This document shows positions 7,546 through 17,392 of a stretch of DNA of 35,706 bases, piece by piece; positions within the stretch are counted from its first letter, which is position 1, and every line of letters begins with the position of its first letter. The notes beneath the pieces were generated by a model. That model was not told where the DNA came from. It ran no database searches and worked only from the letters and a program-made list of their open reading frames with translations. The position numbers were made by a program, and so were the translations under genes. The DNA comes from Candidatus Brocadiia bacterium (GTDB lineage: Bacteria > Planctomycetota > Brocadiia > CAIUPP01): contig JBEKCB010000039.1 of assembly GCA_050015075.1 (NCBI GenBank), positions 1 to 35,706 on the forward strand, read 5' to 3'.

Positions 7546-9366
7546 TCAGTCCTGCAGGCGATCCGGAAGCGGCTTGCCGGTGAAGAGGCGCGCCTTGCGG
7601 AGGCGGATGGATTTGGGCGTGACTTCGACGAGTTCATCGTCGCGGATGAACTCGATCCCGCTTTCCAGGGAGACCGGGGTCACCGGCGTGAGGATGACGG
7701 TCATCTCTTTGCCCTTCGCGCGGACGTTCGTGAGCTTCTTGGTCTTGCACGGGTTGACGATGAGATCGTTCTCGCGGCAGTGCTCGCCGATGATCATCCC
7801 TTCGTAAACCTTCTCGCCGGGCGTGATGAACAACGGGCCGCGTCCCTCCAGAGTCTCCAGCGCGTAGGTCACCGCGTCGCCTTGCGCGTTCGACACCAGC
7901 GAGCCGGTCGTGCGCGTGGCGAAATCGCCGCGGTATTCCTCGTAGCCGTCGAGATACGAACTCATGATGCCGGTGCCCTTGGTGTCGGTGAGGAACTCGT
8001 TGCGGTAGCCGATGAGGCCGCGCGTGGGGATGGAGATTTCCAGCCGCACGCGTCCGCTGCCGTGGTTGACGAGGTTGACCATGCGCCCTTTGCGGCGCGA
8101 GAGTTTCTCGATGACCACTCCCATGTGCTTTTCATCGCAGTCAACGAACAGGCGCTCGATCGGCTCCAGCCGCTTGGGGCCTTCGCCCTTGTAGATCACC
8201 TGCGGGCGGCCGATGCTGAGTTCGTATCCTTCGCGCCGGAGCGTCTCGGCGAGGATGACCATCTGGAATTCGCCGCGCCCCTGGACGATGAACTCGTCGG
8301 TCTCGGCGGTCATGATGATGCGGAGCGCGACGTTGCGCAGCGCCTCTTTCAGCAGGCGTTCGCGGATCTGGCTGGCGCGGACGAACTTGCCCTCGCGGCC
8401 GGTGAAGGGCGAGCTGTTGATGGTGATCATCACGGAAACGGTCGGCTCGTCCACGCTCACGCGCGGCAGGGCGCGCGGGGCCTCGCGGGTGCTGATCGTG
8501 TCGCCGATGTTCACGTCTTCAACGCCCGCGAGAATGATCACGTCGCCGGGCGCGGCCTCGTCCACGTCCTCGATCTTCACGCCGCGATACGTCTGGAGGC
8601 TCGTGACTTTCAACGGCAGCGCGACGCCTTCGGCGTTGATGCGCACGAGCGCGTCGTTGCGCTTCGCGGAGCCGTGGGCGATCTTGCCGATCGCCAGACG
8701 ACCGAGATAGTCGGAGTAGCCCAGGTCCGTCACGAGCATCTGGAACGGCTCGTCGGTGTCGTACGAGGGCGGCGGGAGTTCCTTGAGGATCATGTCGAAG
8801 AGCGGCGCGAGGTCTTTGCCCTCTTCCTCGATGGTCGGCTTGGCGATGCCCTCGCGCCCGATCGCGTAGAGCAGCGGGAACTCGGCCTGATGGTCCGTGG
8901 CGTCGAGGTCAATGAAGAGGTCGAAGATCTCGTTGAGCACCTGCACCGGGCGCGCGTCCTTCCGGTCGAGCTTGTTGATGACGACGATCAGGCGCAGCCC
9001 GCGCTCGAGGGCCTTGCGCAGGACGAAGCGCGTCTGCGGCAGGGGGCCTTCGGCGGCGTCCACGAGCAGCACCGCGCCGTCCACCATCATCAGCGCGCGC
9101 TCGACCTCGCCGCCGAAATCGGCGTGGCCGGGCGTGTCCACGACGTTGATCTTGACGCCCTTCCAGTTCATCGAGCAGTTCTTCGCGGCGATGGTGATGC
9201 CGCGCTCGCGCTCGAGGTCCATGTTGTCCATCACGCGCTCGACGACCTCCTCGTTCTCGCGGAACGTGCCGCTCTGGCGGAACATGTAGTCCACCAGCGT
9301 GGTCTTGCCGTGGTCCACGTGCGCGATGATGGCGATGTTGCGGATTTTGTCGTTGAACTGCTTCAT
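7546..9366 (-). CDS. typA: Translational GTPase TypA/BipA
   Basis: [48 protein letters not shown]-terminal [14 protein letters not shown]; start MKQFNDK at 9366. Confidence 0.97.
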   Translation of the reverse strand: MKQFNDKIRNIAIIAHVDHGKTTLVDYMFRQSGTFRENEEVVERVMDNMDLERERGITIAAKNCSMNWKGVKINVVDTPGHADFGGEVERALMMVDGAVLLVDAAEGPLPQTRFVLRKALERGLRLIVVINKLDRKDARPVQVLNEIFDLFIDLDATDHQAEFPLLYAIGREGIAKPTIEEEGKDLAPLFDMILKELPPPSYDTDEPFQMLVTDLGYSDYLGRLAIGKIAHGSAKRNDALVRINAEGVALPLKVTSLQTYRGVKIEDVDEAAPGDVIILAGVEDVNIGDTISTREAPRALPRVSVDEPTVSVMITINSSPFTGREGKFVRASQIRERLLKEALRNVALRIIMTAETDEFIVQGRGEFQMVILAETLRREGYELSIGRPQVIYKGEGPKRLEPIERLFVDCDEKHMGVVIEKLSRRKGRMVNLVNHGSGRVRLEISIPTRGLIGYRNEFLTDTKGTGIMSSYLDGYEEYRGDFATRTTGSLVSNAQGDAVTYALETLEGRGPLFITPGEKVYEGMIIGEHCRENDLIVNPCKTKKLTNVRAKGKEMTVILTPVTPVSLESGIEFIRDDELVEVTPKSIRLRKARLFTGKPLPDRLQD

Positions 9367-9492
9367 CGTTTCCAGACGGCTTTCCAGAGAAAAACAGCGG
9401 GCGAGCGGGAGACCGCTCGCGGTCAACAGGAGTTCACCGAGCGCCGGCAGGGAGATCTGCTTCAGTCCGGATGCACCTCTTGCGCCTCGCCT

Positions 9493-9545
9493 ATTATACC
9501 CACTTGCAGGGCCGTTTGACAAGCGACGCCGGGCGCTGCGATAGT
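9493..9545. promoter_or_regulatory. Overlapping divergent promoters (typA on minus, TPR-AAA on plus)
   Basis: Minus strand: TTGTCA (9522-9517)-N18-TATAAT (9498-9493). Plus strand: TTGACA (9516-9521) with a weaker -10 (GATAGT) at 9540-9545. Confidence 0.5.
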
Positions 9546-9589
9546 AGATAATGGAATTCAGCCGAAAAGCCAGGCACGGAAGGCGTGAA

Positions 9590-10429
9590 ATGGCGTTGAT
9601 CCCCAACGGCGCCGGTCCACAGGCCGATGCCGCGCCGGCCCGGACGAACCGGTACTTTGTCGAACTCGATTGCCCCGACGCGCCCGCGCTGGACCTCGAG
9701 TGGAACTACACGGACCGGGCGGAGCGCATTTACCGGGCCGGGCACCGCTGCCTGGCGCGCGGCCTCTTCGCGGAAGCGCTGGCGCTCTTCCAGCGGGCGA
9801 CGCACTACGATTCCACGCACTACGCCGCGTACGTCGCGCAGGCCGAGGCGCTGATCCTCCTGAAGCGGACGGAGGACGCGGCGCGCGTCTCCGATGAAGC
9901 GATGGACCGCTACGGCCGCAATTGCGCCATCGGCGCGGCGCGCGGACACGTGTTGCTCCACCAGGACGACGCGGAACAGGCGCTCAAATTCGTGGAAATC
10001 GCCACGGAGAACGATCCCACGAGCGCCTACGCCTGGATCATCGCCGGCGAGGCGCACGTCGCGGCGCGCTCGGCGCTGCCGCTGATCATGCACTCCTTCG
10101 CGCGCAGCCGCGCGTGCCGGGACCTCTGGCCGAACCAGGATATCCGCATCGCGCTGGCGTACCTGGAATGGGGAGCCGCGGCGTACGCCGTCGGAGCGCT
10201 GGAGGCGGTGGTCGTCGCCGAGCCGGACCTCCCGTTCGCGTGGAAACTGCTCGGCGACGCTTACCGCCAGGAAGGGCGGGGCCGGCAGGCGATGGCCAGC
10301 TACCGCCGCGCGGTGGAACTGGCGCCGCAATTCCAGTCCGCGCTCCAGGCGCTGACCTGGCGGGCGCGCGTCGAGGACTACTGGCGGCGCTTGCGGGATG
10401 TCATCGTCTCGCAGGTGGAAACGCGCTGA
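9590..10429 (+). CDS. Tetratricopeptide repeat protein
   Basis: TPR-like helical repeats (AWKLLGDAYRQEG...AMASYRRAVELAP; ALALFQRATHYDS...AYVAQAEAL). GGAAGG RBS precedes ATG 9590; alternative start at 9551. Confidence 0.8.
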   Translation: MALIPNGAGPQADAAPARTNRYFVELDCPDAPALDLEWNYTDRAERIYRAGHRCLARGLFAEALALFQRATHYDSTHYAAYVAQAEALILLKRTEDAARVSDEAMDRYGRNCAIGAARGHVLLHQDDAEQALKFVEIATENDPTSAYAWIIAGEAHVAARSALPLIMHSFARSRACRDLWPNQDIRIALAYLEWGAAAYAVGALEAVVVAEPDLPFAWKLLGDAYRQEGRGRQAMASYRRAVELAPQFQSALQALTWRARVEDYWRRLRDVIVSQVETR

Positions 10430-10453
10430 GGCTTACCGGGAGAAAGGATCGCC

Positions 10454-11983
10454 ATGGATTGCCCGCGAGAACTGGACCTGCTGATCCGCGCGCGGTACCC
10501 GATCATCTACCTGCGCACCAGCGAGGAGTCCCGCGCCTGCAACTTGATCGCGAACATCGCCCGGGCCGAGAAGAAGAGCCTGGTCGAGTGGAGCAGCACG
10601 GAAGGGCTCCGCAAGATCGAGGATTTCCAGGGCGCCGCGCCCGGGGATTTCAAACCGGTCGCCCCGTCCGCCGGCGACGCCACACGCCAGCCGCTCGCCG
10701 CGCTCGAGGAGATCCTTCAGGAGGCGGGCCGCACGATCTACCTGATGAAGGACCTCCATTCGTTCATGGATGACCGCGTCGTGATGCGCAAAATCCGCGA
10801 CCTGTACGCCAGCCTGAAGCGCTCGTACAAGACTATCGTGATCCTGGCGCCGTGCAAGAAAATCCCGCTCGACCTGGAGAAGGAAATCTACTTCCTGGAC
10901 ATGCCGCTACCGGATCTGGACCAGCTCAAGAAAGTGCTGCGGGACGTCGCGGACACGCTCAAGGGCAACCCGCGCCTGAGCGTCGAACTGACCGCGCCGG
11001 TGCTGGACCGCATGGCGAACGCGGCGCTCGGGCTGACGCTCGAGGAGGCGGAGCGCGTCTTTTTCAAGGCCGTCATCCGCGACGCGAAGCTCGCCGGCGA
11101 AGAGGTGCAATACATCCGCGAGGAAAAACGCCAGATCGTCCAGAAGTCCGGCCTGCTGGAATATTACGAGACTCCGGAGGACCTCGGCTCGGTCGGCGGA
11201 TTGGAACTGCTGAAGTTCTGGCTGAAGCGTCGGGCGCGGGCGTACGAGCCGGCGGCGCGCGAGTACGGGCTGCCGCCGCCCAAAGGGCTGCTGCTGCTCG
11301 GCGTGCAGGGCTGTGGAAAGAGCCTGGCGGCGAAGGCGGTCTCGGGGTCGTGGGGATTTCCGCTGCTGCGGCTGGATCTCAGCCGCATCTTCGGCAGCCT
11401 CATCGGCTCGTCGGAGGACAACATGCGCCGGGCCCTGGAGATGGCGGAGTCCGTCTCGCCCGCCGTGCTGTGGGTGGACGAGATCGAGAAGACTTTCTCC
11501 GGCATCGAGAGTTCGGGCATAAGCGATGCGGGGACGACGGCGCGCGTGTTCGGCTCGTTTCTCACCTGGCTCCAGGACAACACCACGCCGGTCTTCTGCG
11601 TGGCGACGGCCAACTCCATCGAGCGGCTGCCGCCGGAGTTGCTGCGCAAGGGACGGTTCGACGATATCTTCTTCGTGGACCTCCCGAGCACGGCGGAGCG
11701 GATCGAGATCGCGCGCATTCACCTGGCCAAGCGGAAACGAGACCCGGCCAAGTACGATCTCGCACGCTTGGCCGCGCAGTCGGAAGGGTTCAGCGGCGCG
11801 GAGATCGAGCAGGCCATCGTCTCGGCCATGTACGACGCGTTCGACTCGAACCACGAGGTCGCGCAGGCGGATATTTTACAGGCGATGCAGAGCGCGGTGC
11901 CGCTGTCGGTGACGATGCGGGAGGACATCGAGCGCGTCCGGCAATGGGCCAAAGACCGCGCGCGGCCGGCCTCGCCGCGGTGA
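10454..11983 (+). CDS. Ycf46-like AAA+ ATPase (SpoVK/Ycf46/Vps4 family)
   Basis: [12 protein letters not shown]-terminus, [11 protein letters not shown], Walker A GVQGCGKS, Walker [15 protein letters not shown]...[13 protein letters not shown]-terminal [10 protein letters not shown]. Confidence 0.92.
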   Translation: MDCPRELDLLIRARYPIIYLRTSEESRACNLIANIARAEKKSLVEWSSTEGLRKIEDFQGAAPGDFKPVAPSAGDATRQPLAALEEILQEAGRTIYLMKDLHSFMDDRVVMRKIRDLYASLKRSYKTIVILAPCKKIPLDLEKEIYFLDMPLPDLDQLKKVLRDVADTLKGNPRLSVELTAPVLDRMANAALGLTLEEAERVFFKAVIRDAKLAGEEVQYIREEKRQIVQKSGLLEYYETPEDLGSVGGLELLKFWLKRRARAYEPAAREYGLPPPKGLLLLGVQGCGKSLAAKAVSGSWGFPLLRLDLSRIFGSLIGSSEDNMRRALEMAESVSPAVLWVDEIEKTFSGIESSGISDAGTTARVFGSFLTWLQDNTTPVFCVATANSIERLPPELLRKGRFDDIFFVDLPSTAERIEIARIHLAKRKRDPAKYDLARLAAQSEGFSGAEIEQAIVSAMYDAFDSNHEVAQADILQAMQSAVPLSVTMREDIERVRQWAKDRARPASPR

Positions 11984-12060
11984 ATTATCACGCTCGCGCC
12001 GGCGCAAAGTTCCGCGTCGTCCCTCGGTTGATGACTTCTCTTCGATCCGATAAACCAGCG

Positions 12061-12115
12061 TTGCCTCGCGGCCCGGCAATACGTATAATGATCCTGTAAT
12101 TCACACGTATAGGAG
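12061..12115 (+). promoter_or_regulatory. Promoter with a putative autoregulatory operator and RBS for the antitoxin gene
   Basis: TTGCCT-N17-TATAAT (12061-12089); palindrome ATACGTAT (12079-12086) overlapping the -10; second copy ACACGTAT (12103-12110); AGGAG (12111-12115). Confidence 0.6.
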
Positions 12116-12124
12116 AACGCACCG

Positions 12125-12385
12125 ATGAAGAAGCTTACCTTAAGCGCGGACGAAAAGGTCATCGCGCAGGCTAAGCGTCTGGCCGTCCGCCAGCGCACAA
12201 GCGTGTCGGCGATGTTCGCGCGATTTGTGACTTCCGCGAGCCGGAGGGAGAACACGCCGCACGAGGTTCCGCCTGACTCCATCGCCGCGCGCGTGACCGG
12301 AGTTATCCGGCTGCCCAAGGGCAAGAGCGAGCGCGATGTCCTTACTGAGGCGCTCATGGTGAAGTGCGGGATCAAAAACAGTTAG
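12125..12385 (+). CDS. DUF6364-like ribbon-helix-helix antitoxin
   Basis: MKKLTLSADEKVIAQAKRLA...TSVSAMFARFV...ARVTGVIRLP pattern; 86 aa; strong RBS. Confidence 0.75.
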   Translation: MKKLTLSADEKVIAQAKRLAVRQRTSVSAMFARFVTSASRRENTPHEVPPDSIAARVTGVIRLPKGKSERDVLTEALMVKCGIKNS

Positions 12386-12467
12386 CCGCAACCCGCGTCA
12401 CTTTCCCAAGTCGTCTCTGCCGATCTTCACTCCGCACGAGTTCTTCTCGGTCCATTCCTTCGACTAA
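12381..12467 (+). pseudogene. C-terminal remnant of a PIN-domain (VapC-like) toxin
   Basis: The frame from 12381 reads VSRNPRHFPKSSLPIFTPHEFFSVHSFD*, matching the PIN C-terminal pattern (IV)TRNxxxF...xxTPxEF. There is no start codon and an in-frame TGA lies at 12360-12362. Confidence 0.65.
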
Positions 12468-12483
12468 AGCCTGTCAGCGCCCT

Positions 12484-13980
12484 TCACCGTTTCTTTTGCA
12501 GCGCGGCGATGGCTTTGCGGGCGGCGAGATAGCCGCTTTTGGCGGCGCCTTCGAACGTGGGATAGACCATGTAATCTCCGGCGAGCAGGAGGCGGCCGAG
12601 CGTGATCTCGTGTAGACGCATCAGCCGCTTGTGCGCGCCGAGGGTCATGACCGGGAACGCGTGCGGGAACCGCTCGACGCGCGAGGCGACGATCTTCGCG
12701 CCCGAGCCGGGCAGCACGCGCTCGAGGTCTGCGCGGACGGCTGCGAGGATTTCATCGTCGGTCATCCGCATGAGCTTCGGATCGGCGTAGCTCTCCGGCG
12801 GAATGTAGACGGTCGTAACGCAGCCGGCCGCGTTCTTCGCGTCGGGGTCGCAGAAACGCTGGACCCAGGTCGCGTCGTAGATGTCCGTGAAGAAGAGCCC
12901 GTCGGGCGCGGCCAGGTCGAACGCGCGGTCGAAGATCGGCGTCTTGCTGGTGAAAGAGACGGTCGCGTAGGAGGAGTACGGAATCTTCGCGAGAAGTTCC
13001 CTCTGCTCGTCGCCGAGTTCGTCGCCCGCTATCTTCAGCGCGGCGGGCGCCGCGACGGCGAGGATGACCACGCGCGCGCTGATCGTCCGCTCGCCGGCCT
13101 TCGCATCCCGGTACGTCACTTCGCAGCGGCCGTCCGCGGTCCGGACGCTCAGGACGGCGGCATTCAGCCGGAGCCGGTCGCCGAGGTCGGCGGCGAGCGC
13201 ATCGGTCAATTCGGTCAAGCCGGTCTTGAACGTGTACGCTTCGGTGGCGCGCCTGCCGCGGCCGGTTTCGTTCGCGAGTTTCTCGTTATCCTTGATGAGG
13301 CGCGCGTCCTCGTAGTCGAAGGCGATTTCGGGCAGGGCGCAGAGCGCGGAAATCTCGCCCAGGTTCGCGCCGAAAATGCCTCGCGCGGCGACGTTGTAGC
13401 GCTGGAGGAAAATCTCCGGGAACTTCATCCGGTTGAGCCAGTCCTTCGCGCTGATGTCGTCGAGTGCGGCCAGTTCGGAATCCGGGTCGAGGCGGGGAAT
13501 CTCTTCGTACTCCGACGTGAATTCCTGCATGGCCGAGACGAAGCGGTTGTATTCGCCAACGCTGGCGCGGCGGACGAAAAGCGAGGCGATCCCGGTTTCG
13601 CCGAGGTAGAGTTCGCCGTCCTGCCAGGCGGCGTCCATGGGAGAAGGAATCTGCACCGGCGTCAGCTTCAGCGCGCGGACGATCTTGCCGATCTCATCCG
13701 TCGGCTTGCCGATGTATTCCGCGCCCATCGCACAGGAAAAGTCACCGACCTTGTACGAGATCGCTTTGCCGCCGGGCCGGCCCTCTTTTTCCAGGACGAC
13801 GATGTCGTAGTTCTTCAGATAAAACGCCGCCGTCAGCCCGGCCAGTCCGGCGCCGACGATGATGACGTCGTGCGGCTTCTCGGCCGGTTCGCGATCGGGC
13901 GTCGCGCCCGATGCCGCGGCCGCAGCGAGAAGCAGCAGGGCGCAGAGGGCGGCGCGCCGCGCAGCGGGATTCCTCGACAT
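12484..13980 (-). CDS. Exported FAD-dependent oxidoreductase (flavin amine oxidase / protoporphyrinogen oxidase-like)
   Basis: Signal peptide MSRNPAARRAALCALLLLAAAAASG; DVIIVGAGLAGLTAA...VLEKEGRPGG; C-terminal LAGDY...EGAAKSG. Confidence 0.85.
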   Translation of the reverse strand: MSRNPAARRAALCALLLLAAAAASGATPDREPAEKPHDVIIVGAGLAGLTAAFYLKNYDIVVLEKEGRPGGKAISYKVGDFSCAMGAEYIGKPTDEIGKIVRALKLTPVQIPSPMDAAWQDGELYLGETGIASLFVRRASVGEYNRFVSAMQEFTSEYEEIPRLDPDSELAALDDISAKDWLNRMKFPEIFLQRYNVAARGIFGANLGEISALCALPEIAFDYEDARLIKDNEKLANETGRGRRATEAYTFKTGLTELTDALAADLGDRLRLNAAVLSVRTADGRCEVTYRDAKAGERTISARVVILAVAAPAALKIAGDELGDEQRELLAKIPYSSYATVSFTSKTPIFDRAFDLAAPDGLFFTDIYDATWVQRFCDPDAKNAAGCVTTVYIPPESYADPKLMRMTDDEILAAVRADLERVLPGSGAKIVASRVERFPHAFPVMTLGAHKRLMRLHEITLGRLLLAGDYMVYPTFEGAAKSGYLAARKAIAALQKKR

Positions 13981-14076
13981 GCTTCGGCAGCCTTTTCATT
14001 AAATGTGTCGCCGGCGAGTTGAGCATTTTATCTTAAGCGAAGGATTTCGCAAACCTGGGCGGCGCCGAAGAAGTGC

Positions 14077-14105
14077 TTGACTGGCGTCACCCCGGTCGCC
14101 AGAAT
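14077..14105 (+). promoter_or_regulatory. Possible sigma70 promoter of the plus-strand GT-C gene
   Basis: TTGACT-N17-CAGAAT, about 40 nt upstream of ATG 14145. Confidence 0.35.
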
Positions 14106-14144
14106 GTGACGTTCGATGTCCGGCCGTCGCGTGTAAGGTGCCCT

Positions 14145-15746
14145 ATGGCAAGATCCGAATGCCGCGAACCTGATCCGCCCGCCGTCCCGCCGGCACGGGG
14201 ATTGCCGATGTGGCTGCCGGCGATGGTCCTCGCTCTCGCGTTGAGCGCGCTGGTCTTCGCCACCTTGCGCGACTACGGCATCACTTGGGACGAGCCGACC
14301 TATGCCTCGTCGGCCATCTCGCACTCGGCCTGGTTCCGCAGCCCGCGGCTGGCGACCATTGACCGGTTCTGGTCTCCGACCCACGAGCATCCGCCGCTGG
14401 CCGGCCTGGCCGGCGCGTTCATCCGCTACGCCGTCCATCGGCAGTTCGGCCTGCTCGACAACGTGTCGAGCTGCCGTCTGCAATGCGTGATCTTCGTCTT
14501 CCTGGGCAGCTTTGCGCTGTTCATGCTGATCGGGAGAAGTTACAGCTGGTGGACGGCCGCCCTGGCGGCGACGTCGTTCATCCTGCTGCCGCGCGTGTTC
14601 GCCGACGCGCATTTCGTGGCGCTGGACTTCCCGACGACGGCGGTTTGCGTCGCGGCGGCGTGGCTGTTCTGGCGCGGACTGGCGCGCGGGCGGATGCTGC
14701 CGGCGGCGGTGCTGATCGGCCTGGCCATGCTCTGCAAAGTCTATGGCCAGTTTCTGTACGCGCTGTGCCTTATCTGGTTCGCCGTGCATCACCGGCAGGC
14801 GTGGCTGGACCTGGCCCGGCGGCGAGGCGGCGACCTATGGCCGCGCGCCTTGAGGGAACTGGCGGTGCTGATCTGCGTCCCGTGGCTGATCTTCTTCGCC
14901 GGCTGGCCATGGCTCTGGCCGCACCCGATTCAGCGGACGCTCGACTACCTCACCTGGCAGGCCGGGCACGTAGCGCCGCCGACGTGGTACTTCGGCCGGA
15001 CGTCCGATCATCCGCCCTGGCATTACCCGTTCGTGATGAGCGCCGTCACGATGCCGCTGGCGGTGCTCCTGGCGATTCTGCCGGGCGTGTCGCGGCTGCG
15101 AAGGGCGGCTGAGCGCCCGTTCGTACTTTTCCTGCTGGCCAACGCCTTCACGCCGCTGGCGGTCGTGGCGTTCCTGACGCCGTGCAAATACGACGGCGTG
15201 CGGCTGTTCCTGCCGGCGTTCCCGTTCCTCTGCGCGCTGGCGGCGATCGGCGTGCAGGAGGTCTGCACGCTGCCGCGAGCGCCCTGGGCGCGACGGGCGG
15301 CGGCCGCGGCCTGCGCCGCCATATTCCTGCTGACGTTCGCGTCTTCCACGTACCGATACCACCCGTTCCAGACCTCGTATTACAACGAGCTGCTGGGCGG
15401 CGTGCGCGGCGCCGCGGAGAAGGGATTCGAGACCGAGTATTGGGGCAACGCCTATGTGAAGCTGATTCCCTGGCTGCAGAATCATCCAGGGGTACCGTTG
15501 TGGGTGCCGATCAATTACGACTCGCTCAAGATGTACCAGGACCTGGACGTGCTTCCGGAGCTGCGATTGACCGGCCGCGCGCAGGCGGACTACCTGGTGC
15601 TGCTGGTGCGACAAGGGCGGTTCGATGAGGAACTGTGGCGGTTCTATCGCACGGAAAAGCCGGAGATTTCCGTAACGCTGCTCGGTCAGCCGCTTGTCAA
15701 TGTCTACCGCCTGAACGCGCCGGTCACTCCGCCGTCAGGACGATGA
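14145..15746 (+). CDS. GT-C fold membrane glycosyltransferase (PMT/ArnT, GT39/GT83-like)
   Basis: DYGITWDEP after TM1, EHPPL, many TM helices, PPWHYP, KYDGVRLFLP, YYNELLGG...GFETEYWG. Start uncertain. Confidence 0.82.
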   Translation: MARSECREPDPPAVPPARGLPMWLPAMVLALALSALVFATLRDYGITWDEPTYASSAISHSAWFRSPRLATIDRFWSPTHEHPPLAGLAGAFIRYAVHRQFGLLDNVSSCRLQCVIFVFLGSFALFMLIGRSYSWWTAALAATSFILLPRVFADAHFVALDFPTTAVCVAAAWLFWRGLARGRMLPAAVLIGLAMLCKVYGQFLYALCLIWFAVHHRQAWLDLARRRGGDLWPRALRELAVLICVPWLIFFAGWPWLWPHPIQRTLDYLTWQAGHVAPPTWYFGRTSDHPPWHYPFVMSAVTMPLAVLLAILPGVSRLRRAAERPFVLFLLANAFTPLAVVAFLTPCKYDGVRLFLPAFPFLCALAAIGVQEVCTLPRAPWARRAAAAACAAIFLLTFASSTYRYHPFQTSYYNELLGGVRGAAEKGFETEYWGNAYVKLIPWLQNHPGVPLWVPINYDSLKMYQDLDVLPELRLTGRAQADYLVLLVRQGRFDEELWRFYRTEKPEISVTLLGQPLVNVYRLNAPVTPPSGR

Positions 15747-17373
15747 ACGCCGGCGGATCGGCCGGGTCGCGGAACGCGACACGCCAGGGCGCCGGGAGTT
15801 TCACCACGCGCACGGAATCGTCGTCCACGTCCACCCACTCGCGCAGGCCGGCGCGGTTGCGCAGCAGGCTGTAGTCCAGCACGGCGTAGCGCGCGCCCGC
15901 GGCGCGCATGGCCGGCCGCAAGGCATCCGTCGTCGTCCACGGCACCGGCACAATGCATCCAGCCAGTTCGGCGTCCCAGAAGTAAGCGTACGCGTGCGAG
16001 GGGCCCAGCATCACGGGAGCATCCACCGAGGCGTGCGCGTGCAGCCATATGCGGAGCGCCTCATATCCGGGAGGCAGGCGATAGCTGGCGAGGGGATCCT
16101 GCCGGAGACCTTGCCAAGGCGCGGCGAGCGCGATGGTGGCACACGCCAGGACCAGCGCTGCGATCAGGGCGACGCAGCGCGCGGGGATGGTCCGGTGTGC
16201 CGCCCTGGCCGCGCGGCGGAGCGCCGGAAACAACCCGCGTGTGGCCAGGATAAGCAGGATCGGCACGAGCGGGAAGATGAAGCGGATGTCTTGAGCCGGA
16301 TACCACGCGAAGAACAGGAAAAACACCGCGAAGATAAACCAGGCCAGCACCGCGGCGGGCCGCACCGAGCGCGAGCATAAGGGCGCCAGCGCAAGGAGCA
16401 GGAGGAGCAGTCCCAGCGGCCAGGCCTTCAAGCGCAGGCGCTCGTTCAGGGGATAAGTCTGGCCGACGGCGACGACGGAATAGACTCCCTGCTGGAACAG
16501 CCCCGTTGTCGCGCGGTGGGCAATCTGCCGCAGCGTGTGCGTGCGCCAGAACAGGCCCGCCGTCGGCGCGCGCACGTTGACATCGGTCGAGTACAACTCG
16601 TCGGGATGGTTCGTCCAGATGAAGCTCTTGTTCTCGTTATACAGCGGCGGGCCGTAGAGCCGGACATTGCGGACCAGGACCGGCGACATCACAACGGCCA
16701 TCGCCAGCAGCGCGGCCCACGCCTCGCGCGAGCGCCAGAGCCGCCGCCGCTCGCGCCATGCAAACGCCCCCAGCGCCGCCGGCAGCAGGAAGAGGCCGTT
16801 CGCCTTGGTGACGTACGCCAGCCCGATGAAGAGGCCGATCCACACGCCGCCGCGCCCGGTGCGCACGTAGCGAACCATGAACGCCCACGCCAGGAGCACC
16901 CAGATGGCGAAGATCGGCTCGCAGCAGACCGTGGTTCCCTGGGTCAGCCAGGAGGTGTTGCAGGCCAGGAGCGCCGCCGCCAGGATGCCCGCCGCGGCCC
17001 CGAACAGCCGCCAGCCGGCGACGCCGCAGACGACGACCCCGGCCGCGGCGATTCCCAAAGTGAGCAGCTTCGCCCATCCCACCCCTTGCAGCCGATCCAC
17101 GGGCAGTGGCGAGAGCAGGGCGATGTACAGCGGCATGCGGCCGGCTTCCGCGTACCTGCCGGCGTAGCAGTCGGCCAGCATCCGCAGGGGCCCGCCGTTC
17201 TGCCGCACTTCGCGGGCGACGCGCAGGTACGCGCCCGTGTCATACGGACAGAACTCCGGCTCCTCGTGCAGTTTGTTGAGGCCGGCGAGCAGGAATCCGG
17301 CCAGCGCCAGGACCAGGAGGCATCCGACGCCCCAACGTCCGGGATGAGAAAGCCATGAGCCCATAATCTGCAC
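15724..17373 (-). CDS. GT-C fold membrane glycosyltransferase (ArnT/PMT-like)
   Basis: PYDTGAYL after TM1, RMPLY, CEPIF, GLAYVTKANG, RNVRLYG, DIRFIFPLVP; many TM helices; start at 17373 (GTG) or 17364 (ATG). Confidence 0.8.
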   Translation of the reverse strand: MQIMGSWLSHPGRWGVGCLLVLALAGFLLAGLNKLHEEPEFCPYDTGAYLRVAREVRQNGGPLRMLADCYAGRYAEAGRMPLYIALLSPLPVDRLQGVGWAKLLTLGIAAAGVVVCGVAGWRLFGAAAGILAAALLACNTSWLTQGTTVCCEPIFAIWVLLAWAFMVRYVRTGRGGVWIGLFIGLAYVTKANGLFLLPAALGAFAWRERRRLWRSREAWAALLAMAVVMSPVLVRNVRLYGPPLYNENKSFIWTNHPDELYSTDVNVRAPTAGLFWRTHTLRQIAHRATTGLFQQGVYSVVAVGQTYPLNERLRLKAWPLGLLLLLLALAPLCSRSVRPAAVLAWFIFAVFFLFFAWYPAQDIRFIFPLVPILLILATRGLFPALRRAARAAHRTIPARCVALIAALVLACATIALAAPWQGLRQDPLASYRLPPGYEALRIWLHAHASVDAPVMLGPSHAYAYFWDAELAGCIVPVPWTTTDALRPAMRAAGARYAVLDYSLLRNRAGLREWVDVDDDSVRVVKLPAPWRVAFRDPADPPAFIVLTAE

Positions 17374-17392
17374 AGCCCCGATCGCGACGGAG

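Noticed and set aside
7443-7637. N-terminal extensions given by the ORF track (ferredoxin from 7637; also typA from 9606, 30037-31287 and 19895-20389)
   Set aside because: They overlap neighbouring genes or promoters and lack homology-like content, so downstream starts were chosen.
1513-9519. Long plus-strand ORFs (e.g. 1513-3252, 5159-6613, 7780-9519) antisense to real genes
   Set aside because: These are typical high-GC shadow frames with no recognisable motifs. The same applies to 12631-14022, 26193-27845, 27836-29428 and 32965-34170.
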